In this document: positions 36,170-44,230 of the stretch, in pieces | Numbering within the stretch: position 1 is the first letter of the stretch | Layout: every line of letters begins with the position of its first letter | Assembly (NCBI GenBank): GCA_050485765.1 | Contig: JBJHBZ010000013.1 | Location: 5,272-69,271 of the forward strand | Length of the DNA stretch: 64,000 nucleotides | Source of the DNA: Phycisphaerales bacterium | Lineage (GTDB): Bacteria; Planctomycetota; Phycisphaerae; Phycisphaerales; UBA1924 | Direction: 5' to 3' | Notes under the pieces: model-generated | Database searches by the model: none | The model's input: the letters and a program-made list of their open reading frames with translations, nothing else | Told to the model about the DNA's origin: nothing | Position numbers and translations under genes: made by a program

Positions 36170-36904
36170 TCAATGCAAGGACGAGGTAGACGCAGGAGCT
36201 GCAGCAGTCTTTGCAGCTTGCATATCGCATACCAAGGACTGTGGACCCATACTTGCTCTATGTGAAAATTCAATAAGGCAGAGTGCCGTTTTAGGTGTTT
36301 GATTATTAAAAATTTTACGATAACGTTCTAATGCATTATTTGCAATTCGTGCCCGCTCCGCTTCCGGCCGACCTGTAGGCTTCAATTGAATTTTTACTGT
36401 TTGAGTATCCGATTCAACATCAATGGGATCTGATTCTACCATGGATGAGTATTGGATATTTCCCTCGTGATTATGGTCCATATGCCAAATTCCAACTCGC
36501 AAATCCATAATCGGCTGACGGAAAAAATTGCCAAGCACTACCGAGACGCTTCCGCCTGGCTCTTCTTCGTACGTCTGACCTTTTGGAAAAGAAACAATCG
36601 CCGCATAAGCAGCCCATCGGCTAAGCTTCTGTTCCTGCACACTGGCTTCCATGGCTTCAGCAGACCTGCGAGCAGCGTGGGCATTTTGAAATGCTGCCGA
36701 TGCCATATAAAGAGTCAATACCGAATAAATCACTGTGATCGGCACCAATAACCACGATGGCTTCTCCGGCAAATCGGTTATTAAAATATAGACTATCCAG
36801 ACAATCATTCCCGCAAGAATTAATAGGAGTACGAGATCGCCCCACCATCGGCGGAGCCGTTGGCTGAGGGTAAAGCCTGGGGGACTAGCAGTATCTTGGG
36901 GCAT
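36170..36904 (-). CDS. Orphan 2-TM membrane protein encoded in a low-GC islet
   Basis: Hydrophobic helices LVLLLILAGMIVWIVYILI and LLVPITVIYSVLTLYMASAAF. Local G+C falls to about 35 % (for example 36301..36360), far below its surroundings. No family recognised. Confidence 0.55.
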   Translation of the reverse strand: MPQDTASPPGFTLSQRLRRWWGDLVLLLILAGMIVWIVYILITDLPEKPSWLLVPITVIYSVLTLYMASAAFQNAHAARRSAEAMEASVQEQKLSRWAAYAAIVSFPKGQTYEEEPGGSVSVVLGNFFRQPIMDLRVGIWHMDHNHEGNIQYSSMVESDPIDVESDTQTVKIQLKPTGRPEAERARIANNALERYRKIFNNQTPKTALCLIEFSHRASMGPQSLVCDMQAAKTAAAPASTSSLH

Positions 36905-37045
36905 GCTTTAAGCGTACTCGAACCCCAGAAGCTACGCCGCCCACAGCTCTGTGGTGAGTACACAAAATGGCGAATCTGCTGGCAGTATCCGCGCCGGCTA
37001 TCGAGGGAAGCCAATTTAACTCGTACAACTGTACTCAGAAAAGCG

Positions 37046-37073
37046 AAAAAGCCCTGTCAATCAGGGCTTTTTC
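37046..37073 (-). terminator. Intrinsic terminator directly downstream of tRNA-Ala; the symmetric tracts could make it bidirectional
   Basis: AAAAAGCCCTG-TCAAT-CAGGGCTTTTT. Confidence 0.7.
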
Positions 37074-37080
37074 GTCAAAG

Positions 37081-37153
37081 TGGAGCGGAGGAGATTCGAA
37101 CTCCCGACCTCATCATTGCGAACGATGCGCTCTACCAACTGAGCTACCGCCCC
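37081..37153 (-). tRNA. tRNA-Ala (anticodon CGC)
   Basis: The reverse complement GGGGCGGTAGCTCAGTTGGTAGAGCGCATCGTTCGCAATGATGAGGTCGGGAGTTCGAATCTCCTCCGCTCCA carries the G3:U70 identity pair and anticodon loop TT-CGC-AA. Confidence 0.9.
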
Positions 37154-37549
37154 GATGTCGCCCGCCGCCCGGGGGATGCCCGTCGTCGGAGGCGGGGAGT
37201 CTAGGGCGGGTCCGGGCCGGAGCCAAGCCCGCGGGGCGTCCGGCACGTCGCGGCCGCCCTCCCTCGCCCCCACCACCCGCCCGCGGCTCGCCTTGGCCCG
37301 GACCGGGGCCGGACCCGGGGCCGGAACAGGCCTGACCGAACGCCGGGGGCCTCGCCGCCGGGGCCGGGGCGGGCGCGGATCCCCGGGCAAGGCTCTACCC
37401 CCGCGGGGGCGGATCGGCTAGGCTTATTGCGAGCGTATTCGCAGCTTGACCCCGCCCGCGCCCCGCCACGCCCCGCCTCCCCTCACGCCGAGCGGGCTCG
37501 GCACGGGAAAAGGGCGGGGCATCCCGGGGGCTGTTCGGAGCATGACACG

Positions 37550-38530
37550 ATGAAGGCTTGGGTGTTGATCGCGGTGATCCTCGGGCTCGCGGTGGGCGGG
37601 CTGGCGGCGTACTGGACGCGGGACGCCGCCCCGTCGCCACGCGGCGAGGGGCTGCGGGCGGTCGTCTCGATCGCGCCGCTCAAGGGCCTGATCGAGCCGC
37701 TGCTCCCGGAAGGGTCCGAGGTCGTCGTCCTGATCCCCCCGGGGGTGACCGAGCACGGGTACGAGCTGCGTCCCGGCGACGCGGCGGCCCTGGCGCGGGC
37801 GGACGTGGTCGCGCTGGTGGGCCTGGGCCTGGAGCCGCGGATCGAGCAGGTGCTGGACCGCCAGCCGAACCCGTCGCGCCTGACGCTGGTGATGGGCGAC
37901 ATGCTGGGGATCGTGCAGGACGGCGAGGGGCACACGCACGACCACTCGGCCCACGCGCACGACTGCGGCCTGTGCGCCCACGGGACCGACCCGCACCTCT
38001 GGCTGGACCCGGTGCTGACGCGCCGGTTCGTGGAGCGTGCGGCCGGCGCGATGTCGGCCGAGCTCGTTAGCCGAGGGCGTCAGAGCGACGGCGCGGGCGT
38101 GCTCGAGCGCGGGCGAGCACTGGTGGCGCAGATCGACGCGGTGGACGCGTCGTACCGCGAGCGTCTGGCGCCGGCCGAGGGCGCGGCGATCGTGACCCAC
38201 CACGCGGCCTGGGGTCGCCTGGCGGATCGGTACGGGCTGGTGCAGGCGGCGGTGGTGCGTCCGATCGAGAGCGCCGAGCCGACGCCGAGCGAGATCGCCG
38301 CGGCCGTGCGCGCGATCGAGGAGCGCGGCGCGAGGGTGCTGTTCATCGAGCCGCAGTTCTCGGATCGGGGCGCACGCCGGATCGCGGAACGGACGGGCAT
38401 CACCGTCGGGCAGCTCGACCCGCTCGGGAGCGGGGACTGGTTCGCGATGATGCGCCGGAATCTGGACGAACTCGAGCGCCTGCTCGTGCCCGAAGGCAAA
38501 CGGGCGGCCTCCATCGGCGGGGGCTCGTGA
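37550..38530 (+). CDS. znuA: Metal (probably zinc) ABC transporter substrate-binding protein
   Basis: Signal/TM N-terminus, His-rich loop GEGHTHDHSAHAHDCGLCAHGTDPHLWLDP, cluster-9 SBP layout. Start at MKAWVL (37550). Confidence 0.8.
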   Translation: MKAWVLIAVILGLAVGGLAAYWTRDAAPSPRGEGLRAVVSIAPLKGLIEPLLPEGSEVVVLIPPGVTEHGYELRPGDAAALARADVVALVGLGLEPRIEQVLDRQPNPSRLTLVMGDMLGIVQDGEGHTHDHSAHAHDCGLCAHGTDPHLWLDPVLTRRFVERAAGAMSAELVSRGRQSDGAGVLERGRALVAQIDAVDASYRERLAPAEGAAIVTHHAAWGRLADRYGLVQAAVVRPIESAEPTPSEIAAAVRAIEERGARVLFIEPQFSDRGARRIAERTGITVGQLDPLGSGDWFAMMRRNLDELERLLVPEGKRAASIGGGS

Positions 38531-39411
38531 GCGACGCCCCAGGCGAGCACGCCCCCGCGCTCCGCTGCCGCGGCGTGTCTTACACCTACCCCGGCGAGGG
38601 CGACCGCCCCACCGTCGCGATCCAGCGCGTCTCGCTCGACGTGCGCCCGGGCGAGCGCCTCGGCATCCTCGGGCCCAACGGCGGGGGCAAGAGCACGCTC
38701 CTCAAGCTCATCCTCGGGCTCCTGCGCCCCAGCGAGGGCGAGATCGAGGTTTGCGGGCTCGCGCCCGAGCGGGCGCGCAGCCGGGGGCTCGTCGGGTACG
38801 TCCCCCAGCGGGCCGAGGCGGGGTTTGATTTTCCGCTCAGCGTGCGCCAGGTCGTGGAACAGGGCGTGAGCCGCGGCGTCGCCGGGTGGCGGCGTTTGCC
38901 GGCGCAGGCGCACGAGCGGATCGACGCGGCGCTGGAGCTGGTCGGGATGCGCGAGCTGGGCGAGCGGCCGATCGGCTCGCTCAGCGGCGGGCAACGCCAG
39001 CGGGTGATGATCGCGCGGGCGGTCGCGGGCGAGCCGAGGGTGCTGCTGCTCGACGAGCCGACGGTGGGCGTGGACGTCGAGGGTCAGCAGCGGTTCGGGG
39101 CGTTGCTGGAGCGCCTGAGCGAGCGGGGGCTGACGGTGGTCGTGGTGACGCACGACCTGCGGACTGTGGCGGCCGGGTGCGACCGCGTGGCGTGCCTGCG
39201 CCAGACGCTGCACGCGCACGTCGACCCGCAAGGCCTGACGCCGGAGGTGCTGGCGGAGGTCTTCGCGCACGACGTCGAAGCGGCGTTCGGGCGGGTGCAT
39301 ATCGAGGCGCACCGGGCCGAGGATTGCCCGGGCCCGCACGTCCACACCCAACCCCACTCGCACGCGCACGGGCCGCACGAGACCGACGGGAAGCCCCATG
39401 CGCACGATTGA
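38527..39411 (+). CDS. znuC: Metal ABC transporter ATP-binding protein with a His-rich C-terminal tail
   Basis: GPNGGGKSTLLK, LSGGQRQRVMIARA, LLLDEPTVGVD. Tail HVHTQPHSHAHGPHETDGKPHAHD. Confidence 0.85.
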   Translation: MSDAPGEHAPALRCRGVSYTYPGEGDRPTVAIQRVSLDVRPGERLGILGPNGGGKSTLLKLILGLLRPSEGEIEVCGLAPERARSRGLVGYVPQRAEAGFDFPLSVRQVVEQGVSRGVAGWRRLPAQAHERIDAALELVGMRELGERPIGSLSGGQRQRVMIARAVAGEPRVLLLDEPTVGVDVEGQQRFGALLERLSERGLTVVVVTHDLRTVAAGCDRVACLRQTLHAHVDPQGLTPEVLAEVFAHDVEAAFGRVHIEAHRAEDCPGPHVHTQPHSHAHGPHETDGKPHAHD

Positions 39412-40297
39412 GTACCTGACCGACCCGGTGCTGCGCGGGTTTTACTGGCCGGGCGTGGGCGTCGGGCTCGCGATCGCCGTCATGGCCGCCCCGCTCAGTG
39501 TGCTGGTCGTTCTCCGGCGCCTGGCGTTCATCGGGCAGGGCGTGAGCCACGCGGCGTTCGGCGGCGTCGGGCTCGCCCTCTTCCTCGCCACGCTCGGGCT
39601 CGGCGCGATCGCGGGCGAGCCGGGGCGCACCCTCGTCGTCGTCGCGTTCTGCATCGGCGCCGCACTGCTGATCTCCTGGCTCGGCGAGCGCGGGCGCGCG
39701 GCCCGCCCGGATACCGCGATCGGCATCGTCCTTGTCGGCGCGATGGCGATCGGGTTCATCCTCCACCGCGCGGCCGTCGAACGCACGCAGGCCCAGGGCC
39801 TCCCGCAGCCGCCCGGACTGGAGGACGTGCTCTTCGGCGCGGTGCTCGGCGTCGGGCCCGCGGACGCCGCCCTCGCCTGGCTCGCGACGCTCGGCGTGCT
39901 CGCGACGCTCGTTCTGATGCGCCGCCCGCTGATCTTCTGGGCGTTCGAACCGGCGGCGGCCGAGGCGTTCGGCGTCCGCGTCCCCGCGATCCGGAACAGC
40001 GTCATGGTGCTGCTCTCGATCACGATCGTCATCGGGATGCAGCTCGCCGGCGTCGTGCTCGCGACCGCGCTGCTCGTGCTCCCGGGGGCGATCGCGCTGC
40101 GCCTCAGCGCCCGCCTCTGGCCCGTGCTCGCCTGGGCGTTCGCCTCCGGGCTCGTGGGCGTTGCGGGGGGTCTGGTGCTGAGCTTCGAGCTCGACCAGCA
40201 GCCGGGGCCGATGATCGTGCTGACGCTCGCCGCGATGTTTGCCCTCGCGACCTTCGCCGGACGCCGAACAGGGCGTCGAGAAACCACGCCTGCGTAG
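39398..40297 (+). CDS. znuB: Metal ABC transporter permease (ABC-3 family)
   Basis: Multi-TM protein in the typical znuA-C-B position; overlaps znuC by 14 nt. Confidence 0.8.
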   Translation: MRTIEYLTDPVLRGFYWPGVGVGLAIAVMAAPLSVLVVLRRLAFIGQGVSHAAFGGVGLALFLATLGLGAIAGEPGRTLVVVAFCIGAALLISWLGERGRAARPDTAIGIVLVGAMAIGFILHRAAVERTQAQGLPQPPGLEDVLFGAVLGVGPADAALAWLATLGVLATLVLMRRPLIFWAFEPAAAEAFGVRVPAIRNSVMVLLSITIVIGMQLAGVVLATALLVLPGAIALRLSARLWPVLAWAFASGLVGVAGGLVLSFELDQQPGPMIVLTLAAMFALATFAGRRTGRRETTPA

Positions 40298-40300
40298 GAT

Positions 40301-40438
40301 TGGGGAAGGCACGAGAGTGCCATTAGGTTGTGTTTGACGCAGCGGTGGGACGGGCGTCTCGCCCGTCATGGAGCGTCCGAAGAGACGGGCCAGAAGCCCA
40401 TCCCGCCAAGCTTCAGAAGACGGATTCGAGCCGTCGAA
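40301..40438 (+). repeat. Family-2 structured repeat, copy A (~135 nt)
   Basis: TGGGGAAGGCA...GTGTTTGACGCAGCGGTGGGACGGGCGTCTCGCCCGTC...AGACGGGCCAGAAGCCCATC..AAGCTTCAGAAGACGGATTCGAGCCGTCGAAC. Aligns almost end to end with copy B at 41141. Confidence 0.8.
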
Positions 40439-40494
40439 CAGAACCTCGTGCCCAACGCCTCGTGCCTCCCGCCTTCCGCCTCCCCGGAGAGACC

Positions 40495-40680
40495 ATGAAA
40501 GCCGAAACGATGCTGGCCGAGTTGAACCGCCTCCGCAAGGACCTCGACGAGGACCGCGGCGATATCGAGTGGCTGACGCTGCACCATGTCTTCTGCTTTG
40601 TCAGCTACAAGATGGGCGACTTCCAGAAGTACCTCGACGAGCAGGCCGCCAAGGGCGCGTTCGAGGATTTTGAGGACTGA
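40495..40680 (+). CDS. Small acidic hypothetical protein (61 aa)
   Basis: GGAGAG 5 nt before the ATG, GC3-rich codons and non-repetitive sequence (MKAETMLAELNRLRKDLDEDRGDIEWLTLHHVFCFVSYKMGDFQKYLDEQAAKGAFEDFED). Confidence 0.55.
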   Translation: MKAETMLAELNRLRKDLDEDRGDIEWLTLHHVFCFVSYKMGDFQKYLDEQAAKGAFEDFED

Positions 40681-40783
40681 GCCGCACGGCGTCGCGTGCG
40701 CCCGCCCGGGGCGACTCCCCCGGATGGGCGTGGGTGAGCCTGCGAGTGTGCAAAATTCTGCGTGGATGACGCATCTTTTGTTG

Positions 40784-40813
40784 TTGCGTGGTCGTATCCC
40801 TGTTCGATACAAT
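40784..40813 (+). promoter_or_regulatory. Sigma-70-like promoter candidate (TTGCGT-N18-TACAAT)
   Basis: Read in a locally AT-richer patch (40771..40820). No CDS follows it. Confidence 0.3.
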
Positions 40814-40819
40814 GTGTAT

Positions 40820-41140
40820 CGCGGGGAGCGTCCGGGCCGGGGCCGACGAAACACGTCGGTACAGCCGAGGGCCGAACCGCGACGACCGGGTTCGTGTGCA
40901 CGCGACCCCGGGCGATGAGCCGTGTGCGACGGTACACGGGAACAACCCCCGGCGGCCCGGCAACAGGGCCGAGCGACGGCTGGGAAGGCCCTTGCGTAAG
41001 GAGGTGGTCCAGTGTCGAATCATGCCTGTACGAGAGGGCTGCGTGGCTGACGCAGCATGACGGTGCTGCCGTCGATGCAGCCCATGCAAACGGAGAAAGA
41101 CTCCTACGGCCGCCGACGCCCAGCGTCGGCGGTTGTTTTT
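40820..41140 (+). ncRNA. Candidate ~320-nt structured non-coding transcript (class unknown)
   Basis: Bounded by the promoter-like element above and a strong intrinsic terminator at 41110..41140. Contains many local GC hairpins. The only ORFs are Arg/Pro-rich and implausible. Confidence 0.3.
41110..41140 (+). terminator. Intrinsic terminator
   Basis: CCGCCGACGC-CCA-GCGTCGGCGG followed by TTGTTTTT: 10-bp perfect stem. Confidence 0.75.
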
Positions 41141-41275
41141 GGGGAAGGCATTAGGCACTAGAGCCGTGTTTGACGGATCGGTGGGACGGGCGCCAGAGCC
41201 CGTCAGGAGCGTCGGTAGAGACGGGCCAGAGGCCCATCGCACCAAGCTTCTGAAGACGGATTTGCTCCGTCAAGC
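41141..41275 (+). repeat. Family-2 structured repeat, copy B
   Basis: GGGGAAGGCATTAGGCACTAGAGCCGTGTTTGACGGATCGGTGGGACGGGCGCCAGAGCCCGTC...AGACGGGCCAGAGGCCCATC..AAGCTTCTGAAGACGGATTTGCTCCGTCAAGC. The ends pair as TTGACGGA/TCCGTCAA. Confidence 0.8.
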
Positions 41276-41326
41276 TGCGCTTCAAGCCTCTCCCCTTGGC
41301 CGGCGCATACCTTTGCGCGTCGAGCG

Positions 41327-42382
41327 ATGACCGGAGGTGTGCGCATGGGTGATGTGGTGGAAACCGGCGGGACGGCGGAGATGGCGCTCGTGCGAGAGGT
41401 CACCTTTGACCGCGTGCGACAAGCGGCCCAGCGCCTCGGCGGCGTCGCGCACCGCACGCCGGTGCTCACCAGCGCGACGGTCAACCGTTGCGTGGGGGCG
41501 GAGGTGTTTTTTAAGGGCGAGTGCTTCCAGCGTGTCGGGGCGTTCAAGTTCCGCGGGGCGTACAACGCGCTCTCGGCCCTCGACGCCGACGCCCGCGCCC
41601 GCGGCGTGCTGACCTACTCCTCGGGCAACCACGCGCAGGCCGTGGCGCTCGCGAGCCGCCTGCTCGGGATCCCGGCGGTGATCGTGATGCCGAGCGACGC
41701 GCCGCCGGTCAAGCTCGCGGCGACGCGCGGCTATCTCGAGGGCACGCCGGGCGAGGTCGTGATCTACAACCGCGCCGAGACGACGCGGGAAGAGCTGGGA
41801 TCGGCGATCGCGTCCGAGCGCGGGCTCACGATCATCCCCCCCTACGACCACCCGGACGTGATCGCCGGGCAGGGCACGTGCGCGATGGAGCTGATCGAGC
41901 AGGTCGGCGAGCTCGACGCGTTGTACGTCTGCGTGGGCGGGGGCGGGCTGCTCGCGGGGTGCGCGACGGCCGCGAAGGCGATGCGCCCGGCGTGCGAGGT
42001 CATCGGGGCCGAGCCGGCGCTGGCCGACGACGCGGCCCGCAGCTTCGCGACCCGCACGCTGCACACCGTGCGCGACCCGGCGACCATCGCCGACGGCGCC
42101 CGCACGCCGAGCCTGGGGCGGTACACGTTCCCGGTCGTGCTCGAGCGGGTGGACCGGTTCGTGACCGTAAGCGAGGCGGAGATCGCCAGAGCCACGCTGT
42201 TTGTGATGGAGCGCCTGAAGGCGGTGGTCGAGCCGAGCGGGGCGCTGGGCGTGGCCGCCCTGTTCCGGGACGCCGCCCGCGACCCGGCGGCACTCCGCGG
42301 GCGGCGCGTCGGCGTCGTGCTCAGCGGAGGCAACTTGGACCTGGCGATCATCCCCGAGCTCCGTCGCCTCGCCGAGGGCTGA
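41327..42382 (+). CDS. PLP-dependent serine/threonine dehydratase family enzyme (threonine ammonia-lyase / serine-racemase-like, fold type II)
   Basis: HRTPVLTS...FFKGECFQRVGAFKFRGAYN (PLP lysine), SSGNHAQAVA, GGGGLLAG. The start may be the Met at 41345. Confidence 0.8.
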   Translation: MTGGVRMGDVVETGGTAEMALVREVTFDRVRQAAQRLGGVAHRTPVLTSATVNRCVGAEVFFKGECFQRVGAFKFRGAYNALSALDADARARGVLTYSSGNHAQAVALASRLLGIPAVIVMPSDAPPVKLAATRGYLEGTPGEVVIYNRAETTREELGSAIASERGLTIIPPYDHPDVIAGQGTCAMELIEQVGELDALYVCVGGGGLLAGCATAAKAMRPACEVIGAEPALADDAARSFATRTLHTVRDPATIADGARTPSLGRYTFPVVLERVDRFVTVSEAEIARATLFVMERLKAVVEPSGALGVAALFRDAARDPAALRGRRVGVVLSGGNLDLAIIPELRRLAEG

Positions 42383-42451
42383 GCCTGGGGTCCGCACGCT
42401 GGCTTCGTCCTTCGTCGATGCGCCACGCGGCCGCGCCGGGATCGGCGCAGC

Positions 42452-42478
42452 AAAAACCCGCGCACGGGGCGCGGGCTC
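42452..42478 (-). terminator. Intrinsic terminator downstream of rpsU
   Basis: The minus strand reads CCCGCGCC-CCGT-GCGCGGG followed by TTTTTGC. Confidence 0.6.
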
Positions 42479-42530
42479 CACGGTCATCGATCACGCGTCG
42501 CACGGGGAGCTCATCCCCGGCGGAGCGGAT

Positions 42531-42719
42531 TTAGAATTCGACCTTGTCGCGGCGGGTGACGGACTTGCGCGCGGCGCGACGGCGACGCTCGGAGGGCTTC
42601 TCGTAGAACTCCTTGCGCTTGATGTCCTTGGTCAGCCCTTCCTTCTCGCAGAGTTTCTTGAAGCGGCGCATCATCTGCTCGACGCTCTCACCGCCGCGGG
42701 CCTTGATCCGGATCGCCAT
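42531..42719 (-). CDS. rpsU: 30S ribosomal protein S21
   Basis: MAIRIKARGGESVEQMMRRFKKLCEKEGLTKDIKRKEFYEKPSERRRR. Confidence 0.9.
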   Translation of the reverse strand: MAIRIKARGGESVEQMMRRFKKLCEKEGLTKDIKRKEFYEKPSERRRRAARKSVTRRDKVEF

Positions 42720-42893
42720 GAACACTCCTCGCTCTGCCTGAAGGCCCGGCCCCGCCGGTCCATACCTGAAACATCGACGCAATGACCCGTCCGGCCCTCG
42801 GGCGGGGCGGGCTGCAAGTAAAGCCCCGCGGCCGCCCTGAATCAAGCCCCAGCGGACGAAGGCGACGCCCGGGCGAGCCCGGCGGCGGCTACC

Positions 42894-43760
42894 GTGATCG
42901 GCGTGCTCCTAGTCGACACCTACAACGTGCTCCACGTCACGGGCGTCCTCCCCCCGGAACTGGCTGGTCTGGAGCCGATGGGGCTTGCGGAGCTGATCGC
43001 CCGGAGCCGCTACCGCGCCCGGGAGGCTCGCCTGGTCTGCGACGGGGTGAAAGAGCGGGCGACGGCGGACGAGGACGCCGCGGGTGTTCCCGTCGACGCC
43101 CCCCGGCGACAGGTGACGGATCGGCTCCGGGGCAAGGGCGCCAAGGGCGGACGACGGGGCGGGGCGGGTGTCTCGGAGCCGGTCGCGGGCCCCGCCGCGG
43201 GCGGGCTGGGGCGGTGCGCGATCGTGTATGCGGGGGCGGGGCGGGAGGCCGACGACGAGATCGAGCGGATCCTCGCGGCTCACTCGGCGGCTCGGCGCGT
43301 GCTGGTGGTCTCCAGCGATCGGCGTCTGCGGCGTGCGGCGGGGCGAGCCGGGGCGGACTGGATCGACGCCCCCCGCTTTCTCGCCCAGCTCGTCCACGAC
43401 GCCGGGGCGGGACGCGGGGCGAGCCTGAGCGCGCGCCCGGCGTTCGCGGAGGAGGTCCCGCTGGACGGCGCGAGCGTCGGGCACTGGCTGCGGGAGTTCG
43501 GGCCCGGGGCGCAGGCGTTGATCGAGGCGGCCGGTCGCGAGCGGGCGGCCCGCGCGAGCCGCCCGCGAACGCCGACGCCCAAATCAAGCCCGCCGCCCCG
43601 GGCAACACCCCCGACGCGAGCGCCGAAGCGCGCGGGTTCGGGGCCGCCTCCCGAGCCCCCGCTCCCCCGCGGGCCCGCCCCGATCGACGAGGGCCTGCGC
43701 CGCCTGCTGGAAGAAGAATGGCGCGGCGCGGTCTCGCCGGACGATCTGGAGATGCAGTGA
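42894..43760 (+). CDS. NYN-domain YacP/Rae1-like ribonuclease family protein with an Arg/Pro-rich C-terminal extension
   Basis: LLVDTYNVLH, LVCDG, VYAGAGREADDEIERIL and VVSSDRRL follow the YacP pattern. Confidence 0.65.
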   Translation: MIGVLLVDTYNVLHVTGVLPPELAGLEPMGLAELIARSRYRAREARLVCDGVKERATADEDAAGVPVDAPRRQVTDRLRGKGAKGGRRGGAGVSEPVAGPAAGGLGRCAIVYAGAGREADDEIERILAAHSAARRVLVVSSDRRLRRAAGRAGADWIDAPRFLAQLVHDAGAGRGASLSARPAFAEEVPLDGASVGHWLREFGPGAQALIEAAGRERAARASRPRTPTPKSSPPPRATPPTRAPKRAGSGPPPEPPLPRGPAPIDEGLRRLLEEEWRGAVSPDDLEMQ

Positions 43761-44212
43761 TGGCTCGACGGCTTCGACCAACCCGGGCGATGAACCACGC
43801 GGCGGCGGTGCTGCTGCTCGCGATCGCGTGCGCCCTGCCCGCCTGCCAACGACCGACGATCCGCGAGCAGGGCGACGAGCGTTCGGTCTACGGCGTCTAC
43901 GCGAACGGGACGCTCGCGTCGCAGCTCCCCATGACGGCCCGCGTGCCGGGGGCGATCGCGGCGGCGGAGGAGACGCTCCGGCGGCGCGGGTACACGATCA
44001 CGCAGCGGGACGTCACCGACGAGCTCGGCGTGCTCCGGGCCGAGCCGCCGCACGCGGTGGTCCGCCGCCCGGTGACCGTCCGCGACCCGGTGACGGTGCG
44101 GGCGAAGCTGGAGTCGGGCGGGACGATGGTGACGGTGAAGGTGGGACGCTTCGGGAACGAGGCGGCAAGCCGGGCGATCCTGGATGAGACGCTGCGCCGG
44201 ATCGGGCTGTAG
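43760..44212 (+). CDS. Putative lipoprotein (hypothetical)
   Basis: Lipobox-like LAIACALPAC. ATGA overlap with the upstream gene. An alternative start lies at 43790. Confidence 0.5.
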   Translation: MARRLRPTRAMNHAAAVLLLAIACALPACQRPTIREQGDERSVYGVYANGTLASQLPMTARVPGAIAAAEETLRRRGYTITQRDVTDELGVLRAEPPHAVVRRPVTVRDPVTVRAKLESGGTMVTVKVGRFGNEAASRAILDETLRRIGL

Positions 44213-44230
44213 AGCTTCGGGCGGCGGAGG

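Noticed and set aside
36150-37153. Integrated prophage or genomic island at tRNA-Ala.
   Set aside because: There is no integrase or recombinase. I could find no direct repeat of the tRNA 3' end at the distal border (about 36150), and the foreign DNA is only ~0.9 kb. It is reported as a compositional islet, not a mobile element.
37427-37444. Inverted repeat TTGCGA-GCGTAT-TCGCAG about 100 nt upstream of znuA as a Zur box.
   Set aside because: It has only 5-bp arms, no resemblance to the Zur consensus sequences I know, and no adjacent -10 element. This is too weak to call.
40784-41140. Assignment of the candidate RNA to RNase P RNA, tmRNA, SRP RNA, 6S RNA, a group II intron domain V, or cobalamin/T-box/ykkC riboswitches.
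   Set aside because: The universal GGAAAGUCCGG / ACAGAACCCGGCUUA RNase P blocks are absent (GGAGCGTCCGGGCC is only superficially similar). There is no tRNA-like 3' end or tag ORF, so it is not tmRNA. The GAGCCGTGTGCGACGGTACACGG hairpin lacks the upper helix of domain V. No B12 box or T-box sequence is present. The class is left unassigned.
40301-41275. The two direct ~135-nt repeats flanking a small ORF as integron attC sites or a gene cassette.
   Set aside because: The terminal words (GTTTGAC...GTCGAAC/GTCAAGC) do not fit the RYYYAAC...GTTRRRY core arrangement. No intI-like integrase or attI is nearby, and a partial copy occurs in an unrelated housekeeping intergenic region.
42782-43759. 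The 476-aa ORF 42782..44212 as one gene.
   Set aside because: Its first ~325 codons are an Arg/Gly-rich alternative frame of the NYN-domain gene. Only the last ~150 codons (43760..44212, with a lipobox) look like a real protein.
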